Shown here piece by piece: positions 21,569 to 29,763 of a stretch of DNA of 64,000 nt. This stretch comes from Alphaproteobacteria bacterium (GTDB lineage Bacteria > Pseudomonadota > Alphaproteobacteria > UBA7887): assembly GCA_965216755.1 (NCBI GenBank), contig CBDCGL010000011.1, positions 448,001 to 512,000 on the forward strand, in the 5' to 3' direction. The notes under the pieces were generated by a model that searched no databases, had not been told where the DNA came from, and saw nothing but the letters and a program-made list of their open reading frames with translations. Made by a program: the position numbers and the translations under genes. The stretch's first letter is position 1; every line of letters begins with the position of its first letter.

Positions 21569-23251
21569 CTAGCCGAGCTTGATGCACAAGATCTCGGACG
21601 CGCCGCCCTCAAGCGATGCCAGCGGGAACGGATTGTTTGATGTGCAAGCCTTGCCATCCGACGTAAAACTGAAGTCCCGCGTGTAGCTGCCACGCAAGGG
21701 TACCGGATAGGCAACGAAGCGTTCTTCGGATGGGATGAACCGGTACATCCGATCGGTCATCGTCACGTTCATCCAGATCTCTTGGGTTTGCGGATGCACG
21801 CCCAAGGCGTAGGGTGCCGGCCGATAGCCTTCGGCGAACTCGGGCATCGGATAGACCTTGGTTTCAAATCCGTCATCGGTCGGTTGGATCCGCGCCAGTG
21901 TGCCTTCGGCAAATCCGGCCAGCCACAACACGCCGCTCTTGTCGAAACGCAGCCGCCGCGGCCCGCGGATTGGTGAAACGTATTCGGTGGGTTCCAAGGT
22001 TCTTGGGTCTATGCGTCCAATTTTGTCGGCGAACAGGCGACTGTACCACACCGAGCCGTCGATCGGATTAATGTCGATTCCATAGGGCCAGGTGCCGCGC
22101 GACCCGCCGAGCGGCTTCGCCCCCGGCAGGTGGATGACCTTGCTTTCGCCAGTCGCCGGGTCCAGCCGTCCGACCTGTTCCGACCCGGCGATCGTGAACC
22201 ATGCGATGCCTTGCGCATCGATCCGGATGGTGTGCGGGTAGCGCGCACCGCCGCCGATGACATGTGAAGGTTCCCATTCGTTGGTGGCTGGGTTGAACAC
22301 GCCGATCGAATTTGTCGCGGTGTTGGTTACGTAGTATTTGCCGTCGTGGCCGAGAGCCATCGAGTGTGGGGCGTTGCGGGTATACTGGCCGAAGCTGTCG
22401 ATCTCGCCGGTCGTTGACCCAGGCACCCAGAAGCGATTGCCGTTGCCGGACTGGGAGATGTATTTGGACTTACCGGTCTTGGTGTCGGTGACCGCGAAAT
22501 GCGAACCTACCTGATCCGCCGAATAGATGATGTCGGTGTCGGGATGGACAATCGCATCATGCGGGTTGCCGCGCGACAGCCTGTATTCGTAGATCTTCGC
22601 CTGGCTCAGCGACCGATCGATCGGAAAGTCAGGCCGGACCGCGATGGGTTCGCCATCGAACCCTTGCGCCAAAATCGCGGCGCGTCGCTTGCGCAATTCG
22701 ACACCGTATCTGCCACCCATATAGCTGTGCATGCGCACAATGGTCTGGTGCCACCATTCAGGGCTGCGCTGCGCGCGGGTTCGGGCATTGCCCAGCTGAT
22801 GGCAGGAAAGACAATCGCGTCGAAACTGAAACTGATTGAAGAGATCGTCGTCGCGACGCTCGAACGCGAGTTTGCCGAAGTGATAGATCGCGGGAAGACT
22901 GTCAGAGATTTCAACCGGGTCGGTCATCGCCTCCATGACCAGCGTCTGGCCGACCACCGGAGCTGACCTGAGTGCGATTTCAGTTTCCAGGTCGCGGTAG
23001 TAAGGCGTGCGCAGGCGTACCGCGAGCTTTCCCTTGAGCGCCGTGTCGAGGCGAAAGGCGCCTTGGCTGTCCGAAAACACTGACTCCGAAATTCCGGATT
23101 TCGCATCGCTGACCCGGACCATGACACCGGCCAAGGCCGCACCATCGGTATCCGTAACGGTTCCGCTAAAACTCCCGGCAAGCACAGGCTGCGCGGCGGC
23201 CGCGATCGCGCAAGCGGCGACGGTTGCGCTGATTTCGTTAAACCATTTCAT
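21569..23251 (-). CDS. Secreted protein: carboxypeptidase-regulatory-like domain, c-type heme domain and Vgb-like beta-propeller
   Basis: Signal peptide ending AQPVLA; SGTVTDTDGAALAGVMV; CLSCH; repeats PHTIRIDAQGIAWFT, PYGIDINP and PRRLRFD. Confidence 0.75.
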   Translation of the reverse strand: MKWFNEISATVAACAIAAAAQPVLAGSFSGTVTDTDGAALAGVMVRVSDAKSGISESVFSDSQGAFRLDTALKGKLAVRLRTPYYRDLETEIALRSAPVVGQTLVMEAMTDPVEISDSLPAIYHFGKLAFERRDDDLFNQFQFRRDCLSCHQLGNARTRAQRSPEWWHQTIVRMHSYMGGRYGVELRKRRAAILAQGFDGEPIAVRPDFPIDRSLSQAKIYEYRLSRGNPHDAIVHPDTDIIYSADQVGSHFAVTDTKTGKSKYISQSGNGNRFWVPGSTTGEIDSFGQYTRNAPHSMALGHDGKYYVTNTATNSIGVFNPATNEWEPSHVIGGGARYPHTIRIDAQGIAWFTIAGSEQVGRLDPATGESKVIHLPGAKPLGGSRGTWPYGIDINPIDGSVWYSRLFADKIGRIDPRTLEPTEYVSPIRGPRRLRFDKSGVLWLAGFAEGTLARIQPTDDGFETKVYPMPEFAEGYRPAPYALGVHPQTQEIWMNVTMTDRMYRFIPSEERFVAYPVPLRGSYTRDFSFTSDGKACTSNNPFPLASLEGGASEILCIKLG

Positions 23252-23439
23252 CCGACATTTCCAAGATGACCCCATTTCCAACCCGATTTGTAGTCATTCG
23301 GCGGCGCCACGGCAATTTTGGCGTTGATCGGGCACGGCGGTACGCGCCATCCGCAGGGCCGATGGGCGCCGGCCATACTATCATCGTGATCCAATACGAC
23401 TCTTCCGTCGGCGTGGCTTGTTTCGCCCTTGTGTCTCCC

Positions 23440-23670
23440 CGCATGGTCATCCGCGTATGGCGCCGGACTCAGATCTTTGAAGGGTGTCTCGCGTACGGTC
23501 CCTGACATAGATAGCCAGCGCCGGGTAATCCGGATTGAACAAGACAAGGGTCACAAACATCGTGACGCCATGTTGACTCACGAATTGCTCGATCTGGTGG
23601 CGCCCGACGCACGCGAAGAGCATCAAGGTGCCTACCGGTTGGCTCTTCCCGGGCGCCGATCCAATTGGCC
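23440..23670 (+). pseudogene. Tyrosine recombinase fragment
   Basis: AYGAGLR...DIDSQRRVIRIEQDKGHKHRDAML, then WLFPG in another frame. Confidence 0.65.
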
Positions 23671-23699
23671 CGCTCGCCACACCTCAGCTCAGTCGCATT

Positions 23700-23860
23700 T
23701 CGTTCACCATTCGGCCACAGGTGAAAATGATGCGCACCAGCGGCCGCGTGGTTTATGGCGATTGCTTTCTTGTCCCGCCAGTTGTACGGGCCATACTTTA
23801 TCGCTCCGTCACCCATCGCCCGCGACATGTGAATGAGTGCGACACGGCGCTGGTCGCGCG
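23700..23860 (-). pseudogene. Probable dATP/dGTP diphosphohydrolase (DUF5664-like) fragment
   Basis: ALIHMSRAMGDGAIKYGPYNWR...AAGAHHFHLW resembles the GAxKYxxxNW family motif. Confidence 0.5.
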
Positions 23861-23965
23861 CGATCATGTCTGGCGGTCGCGGCATTTTTCAGCCTGTCGG
23901 CGACCCGGGTATCAACTTGTAAGAGCCGGATAACTGTGCCTGAATTCCCCTATGGGAGGGGCGAT

Positions 23966-26137
23966 ATGACGTTGAAGGATTTGCGAAACGATCGTGCGAC
24001 CGAGACAGATTCCGCGCGGCGCGGCCGGGCGCACGGAGACGGCGTGGATGTCAGTCTGTCCGCGCGGTCGTGCGCCGGAGAGCCATTCAAACAGATCATG
24101 GACCGGCGTTTGGCAAGACGATCGTTTTTGAAGGGGGCCGCGGCAACGCCCGTGGTGATGGCGATCCCGACAGCGTTGCTACCCCGCGACGCCGAAGCCG
24201 AGAATCGCGATGATTACCTGAAGTTTAAACCGATTGCGCCCACCACCGCCGATGATGTGGTGACGCCCGACGGATATACCGCCCATTTGATCATCCGCTG
24301 GGGCGATTCATTATTTGCTGACACCGAAGACTTGGACACGAGTAATCTGATCGACGGTGCGTTGCTGGATGAAGGTGCGGCGGACAAGCAAGCGAAGCAA
24401 TTCGGCTACAATTGCGACCTCAACGCCTACTTTCCCTTGGCCCAAGGCGCGCAAGGTGGTCGCAACGGCGTCATCGCCGTCAATCACGAATATGTCAATC
24501 CGCCCCTGATGTTTCCGAACTATCCAGAAGAGTTCGGACCTGAAGGTCCGATCCTTGATTTTGTCAGAACAAATCCCGAAGCCGTCCGTGTGTTGAAGGC
24601 CGCACACGGGCTGACCTTGGTCGAGATCAAGAAGCACGGCCATTCGTGGGGCTATGTAAAGGGATCACCCTACAATGTGCGCATTACGGCCGACACCGAG
24701 ATGGAACTTACCGGTCCGGCGAGGGGCCACGCATTGTTCAAAACCGATGACGATCCGGAAGGCGCTCGAGTCCATGGTACGCTAAATAATTGTGCCGGCG
24801 GTAAGACCCCTTGGGGGACCGTGTTGAGTTGTGAAGAGAATATCGACCGCTATTTTGGCCGTGCCGCTGATTTGGTCGCCGCGGCAACCGGCGACGCCGC
24901 TGCTGCCAAAATCGTGCGCCGGCACGAACGCGTCGCACCGAGCGAAGGCATGAGCGATTGGGCCTGGGAAGAGGTTGACGAGCGCTTCAATGTTTCGCTG
25001 CATCCAAACGAAGCATTTCGCTTTGGTTGGGTTGTCGAAATCGATCCTTACGACCCGGGTTCGACACCTAAGAAGCGGACGGCGCTCGGCCGCTTCAAGC
25101 ATGAGGGCGCCACCACAACAATCGCCCAGAACGGCCAAGTCGTCGTGTATTCCGGCGATGATGCCCGCTTTGAATATGTCTACAAGTTCGTGTCGGACGG
25201 CAAATACAATCCGAACGACCGCAAAGCGAATATGGCGATCCTGGATGCCGGCAAGCTTTATGTGGCCAAGTTCAATGACGATGGAACGGGCAGGTGGCTA
25301 CCATTGGAATTGAGGGCGAACCCGGCCCTGGGCGATGAATTTGCGGACCAAGGCGAACTGTTGATTGACGCTCGGCGGGCCGGTGACATTGCTGGTGCCA
25401 CGCCCATGGATCGGCCAGAGGACATCGAAGTCAATCAGAAGACCGGCAAAATCTACGTCGCGCTGACAAACAACACCCGGCGCACCAACGATCCTGCGGG
25501 AACGCGCGATGCCCAGGGGCGCGCCGTGCCGACCTTCCCGAACGGCGCCAACCCTCGGAGTCCGAATCCCAGCGGTCACGTGATCGAAATTACCGAGGCC
25601 GGCGAGCAGACCGCGAACACCTTTCATTGGGAGATCTTCATGCTGTGCGGCGACCCGCGCAGCGATTCCGGGTCTTACCTGACGACGATGGAAGACCTAG
25701 ACGACCTGCCGCTAGCGTCCACGGACACCTATTTCGCAGGGTGGTCCGACGCGGCTAGCGTCAGTCCGATCGGCGCGCCCGACAATCTTGCGTTCGCTGC
25801 TGACGGCACGTTGTGGGTGGCCACCGATGGCGCCATGCGAACGACGGGCTATCACGACGGCTTTTTCGTGGTGCCTGTCGAAGGCGGAACACGTGGGCAT
25901 CTTCGGCAATTCTTGAGTGTCCCAACCGATGCCGAAGCATGTGGGCCGGAACTGACGCCAGATGGCAAAACGATATTTTGCAATGTGCAACATCCCGGCG
26001 ACAGCGGTTCCATCAGCGGCACAAAGGGCGGTACCCCGCCGTTGCCGGGCAGCGATTGGCCCGATCGAAACGGCTTGCCACCGCGACCAAGCCTTGTTGC
26101 CGTCACCAAGAACGATGGTGGTAAAATCGGGTCGTAA
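23966..26137 (+). CDS. phoX: PhoX-family alkaline phosphatase (Tat-exported)
   Basis: RRSFLKG Tat motif; VNHEY, GTLNNCAGGKTPWGTVLSCEEN, LGRFKHE, MDRPED, PDNL and VQHPG. Confidence 0.93.
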   Translation: MTLKDLRNDRATETDSARRGRAHGDGVDVSLSARSCAGEPFKQIMDRRLARRSFLKGAAATPVVMAIPTALLPRDAEAENRDDYLKFKPIAPTTADDVVTPDGYTAHLIIRWGDSLFADTEDLDTSNLIDGALLDEGAADKQAKQFGYNCDLNAYFPLAQGAQGGRNGVIAVNHEYVNPPLMFPNYPEEFGPEGPILDFVRTNPEAVRVLKAAHGLTLVEIKKHGHSWGYVKGSPYNVRITADTEMELTGPARGHALFKTDDDPEGARVHGTLNNCAGGKTPWGTVLSCEENIDRYFGRAADLVAAATGDAAAAKIVRRHERVAPSEGMSDWAWEEVDERFNVSLHPNEAFRFGWVVEIDPYDPGSTPKKRTALGRFKHEGATTTIAQNGQVVVYSGDDARFEYVYKFVSDGKYNPNDRKANMAILDAGKLYVAKFNDDGTGRWLPLELRANPALGDEFADQGELLIDARRAGDIAGATPMDRPEDIEVNQKTGKIYVALTNNTRRTNDPAGTRDAQGRAVPTFPNGANPRSPNPSGHVIEITEAGEQTANTFHWEIFMLCGDPRSDSGSYLTTMEDLDDLPLASTDTYFAGWSDAASVSPIGAPDNLAFAADGTLWVATDGAMRTTGYHDGFFVVPVEGGTRGHLRQFLSVPTDAEACGPELTPDGKTIFCNVQHPGDSGSISGTKGGTPPLPGSDWPDRNGLPPRPSLVAVTKNDGGKIGS

Positions 26138-26209
26138 CGTCAAACATGCAAACCGTGTGCTGACGTTGACGGGCCGACACCAGTCGCCGCGTCATTTCAA
26201 AGGAGAAGA

Positions 26210-26261
26210 CAGCCACGATTTCTCTCTTAGCTCAACCTCTCTTCAAACAGGGAGCGGCATA
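26210..26261 (-). repeat. Isolated IS3-type left-end copy 1
   Basis: 52-nt match (1 mismatch) to 43161-43212, which lies upstream of an IS3 orfA. Confidence 0.85.
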
Positions 26262-26436
26262 ACCATTTGCGCAAAGTCGTCGTAGGTGTCAAATTCATCG
26301 AAGGTATTAAACAGAATGATCTAAACCACACCGCCGCCTGATCATCGTCCGTCACCAAGATTCGTGCATATCTGCCGATGGCGCGCGTCCGTATTGTGTT
26401 TGAGGTGTCGCACGCAGACCCAAGACGGGACCCGCC

Positions 26437-26880
26437 CTAGCAATTTTTCACTTGTCGAGCCTTCGCCCAGTCTTTGCCGAGTCGGACCAGCGTTTCTTCG
26501 TCCACGATCCGCCGCGCGAGGGGATAGAGTATCTCTTCTTCATTTTGAAAGTGATGGCGCGCAATGGCGAAAGTCTTCCGGACTGCATCTACCGCTTGCT
26601 GCACACTTGCCGCATCCTCGATGCGCTCAAGTCCGGACCGGATCTGACGATGCTGGGCGCACATCTTGGAGATCAAGTCGTCGTCTTCCAGCAGGGGCTT
26701 GAGCACCGGAAATAGAAACTCTTCTTCGAACGCTGCATGCCAGGCTACTTCGGCCGCCAGAGCCGCCAAAGCGCCCTCGATCTGAGCAAGATCGCCGCCT
26801 GTTTCAGCCGACTGTTCGACGGTTCTTAATAGCGCTTTGAACGCGCCATGTTCACCCGCAAGTGCGTCGATCAAATTCAT
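26437..26880 (-). CDS. Hemerythrin-like (HHE) domain protein
   Basis: EH...HAAFEEEFLFP...QH...HFQNEEEILYP; paralog of 41341-41787. Confidence 0.85.
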   Translation of the reverse strand: MNLIDALAGEHGAFKALLRTVEQSAETGGDLAQIEGALAALAAEVAWHAAFEEEFLFPVLKPLLEDDDLISKMCAQHRQIRSGLERIEDAASVQQAVDAVRKTFAIARHHFQNEEEILYPLARRIVDEETLVRLGKDWAKARQVKNC

Positions 26881-27108
26881 AAACATGCTCCCGTCGCCGC
26901 ATTGATTCGACTTTTTTCCGCAGCTCTGCGCGCGCTGTCGCAAGCGGGTAGCATACATGCTGGCGTCCCTACCTGGGTCGTCTTTTGACTTCGAGACTTA
27001 GTCGCCCCTTTACGCCAAACGTGGCAAAGCGACTTGGGACACTGAGATGGCCGCGCGCCGCGGCCAGGTTCACGACTATCGGGTGGTTGTGTTGGGTCAG
27101 CGGCGCCA

Positions 27109-27122
27109 TTGATTTAGGTAAA
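27109..27122. promoter_or_regulatory. Possible FNR/DNR-type box
   Basis: TTGAT-TTAG-GTAAA (2 mismatches to TTGAT-N4-ATCAA) between the divergent hemerythrin and regulator genes. Confidence 0.35.
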
Positions 27123-27307
27123 TGCAAACGCGACGATATTAGGATACCCGGCTTAGATGGGCGTGAGCGTCACATGAGCCAAGTAACAGCAACGGTGCAG
27201 AGGCGGGGCGTGTTGTGCCAAACGACGCGCGCGAGGTCATGTGGAGGCAGTCTGGCCTTGAGAGGTCTTGGTCGGATGTATGCCTTTAGACGCTGAGGGG
27301 GAGTCCG

Positions 27308-28510
27308 ATGATGGATGCCCGCTACGTGGTCGCGTATGCGTCAGACGCGGCATTCGCTGTCGACGAAAATTTGAAGATCGTCGCTTGGAATTACGCTGCG
27401 CGGGCCCTGTTGGGTTATACCCGTCATGAAGTGATCGGCAAGCACTGTTCGGAGATCCTCCAGCTGGTCCTACCGAACGGAGAACCGCTGTGCGTTCCTG
27501 GTTGCGAGGGGGTTCGGTGTTTCGAACACTTCCGACCTTTCACGACAGCGAATTGCTTGGCGCGGCATAAGGAGTCGCACTGGATCGCCTTAGAGGTCGC
27601 ATCTGTGGTGACGCCAAAACGAGCCCGTGCCCGGGATCGGCGCAGCGCAGTGGCAACCATATTATTGCGCAGACACAACGAAATCGAGGCTTCTCAGTCG
27701 AACCAGGCGGTGCTGCAAATCTTCACGTTCGGCCGGTTTGGGCTGGCCTTCGGCGGACGCGGTCTTGTCGTAGAGAAGTGGGAACGTCAGCATGCCGTGA
27801 CGCTGTTGAAAGTGCTTGTAGCGCACGCGGGCCGCGCAATACCCCGCGAAGTACTGATCGATTACCTCTGGCCGGACGCAGACGAAAGGAACGGATGGGA
27901 ACGATTGAAGGTGACAGTCTATTTCCTACGGCGAAGGCTGCGCGTCGCCGGGGTCGCAGAGGATGTCGTCGAGACCGTCAATCGAGCGTACAGACTACGA
28001 CCCGAAGCTGTATGGATCGATGCAGAGGTCTACGAATGTTGCATCGCGGCTGGATCGACCTATCAAACACGACAACGCTGGTATGATGCGCTCGACCAAT
28101 ATCGTAAGGCGCACAGGCTCTATCGGGGGCCCTATCTCAGCGGTGACATGTATGCGGACTGGTGTGCCGAAGAGCGTGAACGACTGCGTGAAATCCACCT
28201 GGAAATGCTGACCGATTTGGCGAAATGCCATTCGGCTCTCGACGGTTACGTTGACGCGGCGAGGGTTTGCCGAGAAATCCTCGCTGACGACCCTTGTCGC
28301 GAAAGTGCGCATCGTGCGCTCATGGAAAACCTTGTGCGCCTTGGCCGCAACGATTCGGCTCTGGCCCAATATCGTCAATGTCGACAGATCTTAGCTGACG
28401 AGCTTGGTGTGGAACCAATGCTCGAGACCCAAGCTCTTCACCGACAGATCGTGGCGCGAGGAAGAGCGGCCGCGGCCGCGTCAACGGAAGCGGTTCGGGG
28501 CGCCGAATAG
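27308..28510 (+). CDS. PAS-domain, winged-helix and BTAD (SARP-like) transcriptional regulator
   Basis: PAS: AFAVDENLKIVAWNYAARALLGY; wHTH: LIDYLWPD..LKVTVYFLRRRL; BTAD: LYRGPYL..W..EERERL, DPCRESAHRALM, ELGVEP. Confidence 0.88.
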   Translation: MMDARYVVAYASDAAFAVDENLKIVAWNYAARALLGYTRHEVIGKHCSEILQLVLPNGEPLCVPGCEGVRCFEHFRPFTTANCLARHKESHWIALEVASVVTPKRARARDRRSAVATILLRRHNEIEASQSNQAVLQIFTFGRFGLAFGGRGLVVEKWERQHAVTLLKVLVAHAGRAIPREVLIDYLWPDADERNGWERLKVTVYFLRRRLRVAGVAEDVVETVNRAYRLRPEAVWIDAEVYECCIAAGSTYQTRQRWYDALDQYRKAHRLYRGPYLSGDMYADWCAEERERLREIHLEMLTDLAKCHSALDGYVDAARVCREILADDPCRESAHRALMENLVRLGRNDSALAQYRQCRQILADELGVEPMLETQALHRQIVARGRAAAAASTEAVRGAE

Positions 28511-28691
28511 ACCCGATTTTTTAGCGCGGTCGCGAACCTCCCCTAGATCGGAAACAAGACAACTCGTCTGCGCACGCGGACGTCAAATTCCATTGATGCG
28601 CACCTTCCCGTCACTGGTATGTCACCAGGCAATGTTTTTGTACGCGTCGAATGTCGTCGTGTTGGCCAGTGGTGTGGACAGGCTATGCGAG

Positions 28692-28952
28692 ATGATCAGA
28701 GAGCGAGAACTCGATTCATTCGTTGCCCGTATCTGGATGGAACGTGGCAGCAACGGGGAACCGCTTTGGCGCGGACATGTTCGACACGTCCAAGGCGACC
28801 AAGAAGCCTATTTTCAGAACCTAAAGGAGATGGGCGAGTTTCTCGAACGGGTAAGCGGGGTCCCGTGCCCGGCCGCGACTGTTCGTGCGGGCAAATCAAA
28901 AAAACGCGGCGACAAGCCGAAAGCTGCCGCCCCCCGAGGCCGCAAACGATAG
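28692..28952 (+). CDS. Small hypothetical protein
   Basis: SFVARIWMER...WRGHVRHVQGDQEAYFQNL reads as a compact folded domain; co-directional between the regulator and the cytochrome c gene. Confidence 0.6.
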   Translation: MIRERELDSFVARIWMERGSNGEPLWRGHVRHVQGDQEAYFQNLKEMGEFLERVSGVPCPAATVRAGKSKKRGDKPKAAAPRGRKR

Positions 28953-29121
28953 ATCTGAGTCACACGTTTCAGTTCCGATCCAAGACGAGCAACGTATCAT
29001 TTGCACACTCAATATCTAGGCGACATCGCTATCCCACGGTGTGTGTGCATTTACCGATTCCTACCGCCGGGGGCGGCCAAGAATTCGAAGAGGGGTCGTG
29101 CAATGTCTTGTTGTGACCAGG

Positions 29122-29135
29122 TTGTAGTGAATCAA
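29122..29135 (+). promoter_or_regulatory. Possible FNR/DNR/NnrR-type box upstream of the nar operon
   Basis: TTGTA-GTGA-ATCAA (TTG-N8-CAA with a perfect right half-site), about 90 bp before the cytochrome c start. Confidence 0.45.
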
Positions 29136-29225
29136 TGCCGGGTTCTTGAGCGCCTTTTCCGGAGCAGCGTGTCCGACTCGGCGTTTCATTCAGGCAGATC
29201 GCCCGACCGCAAAAGGTTGACACGA

Positions 29226-29720
29226 ATGACGACCCACCTTCCGAAATTATGCAGATGGCCAACTTTGGTGCTTGTTCTGATCATCCTTGGTTGGCTCGTT
29301 CCACAAACGACTTGGGCCGTTGAAGATGGCCAAGAGCTTTTCGAAAGCAATTGTGCGGCCTGTCATACGATCGGCAAAGGTAAACTCGTCGGGCCCGACC
29401 TGGCAGGTGTTACGTCACGGCGCGAAGAAAGCTGGCTCGTACGCCAAATCCAAGATCCAGAGGCACTGATTGCCGAGGAGGATCCGATCGCCTTACAGCT
29501 TCTGGCGGAGGCCGACAATGTGCCAATGCCGACTCTGGAACTGACGGACGACGATGTTGGGGCCCTGATCACCTATTTGAAAGGCTTTGAACTAGGAGCT
29601 GAAGCAGACGTTGGGCTCCCGTCTCAATACCTTCCCACCATCATAATCAGTATCGTGCTAATCGTCCTCCTAACCATCATAGGCCTTAGGGTCGGGCGTA
29701 AGCAAGTCGATGTCAATTGA
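29226..29720 (+). CDS. Monoheme cytochrome c with signal peptide and C-terminal TM anchor (NarC-like)
   Basis: Hydrophobic leader, CAACH, GPDL, distal MP, C-terminal hydrophobic helix followed by RVGRK; 43 bp before narG. Confidence 0.85.
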   Translation: MTTHLPKLCRWPTLVLVLIILGWLVPQTTWAVEDGQELFESNCAACHTIGKGKLVGPDLAGVTSRREESWLVRQIQDPEALIAEEDPIALQLLAEADNVPMPTLELTDDDVGALITYLKGFELGAEADVGLPSQYLPTIIISIVLIVLLTIIGLRVGRKQVDVN

Positions 29721-29763
29721 ACCCACGAACCCTGGCGACCAGGAAGAAAGCTAAAGGTGAGTC

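Noticed and set aside
29001-29225. Cys-containing N-terminal extension of the cytochrome c
   Set aside because: The signal peptide begins after the ATG at 29226; the upstream part overlaps the probable promoter.
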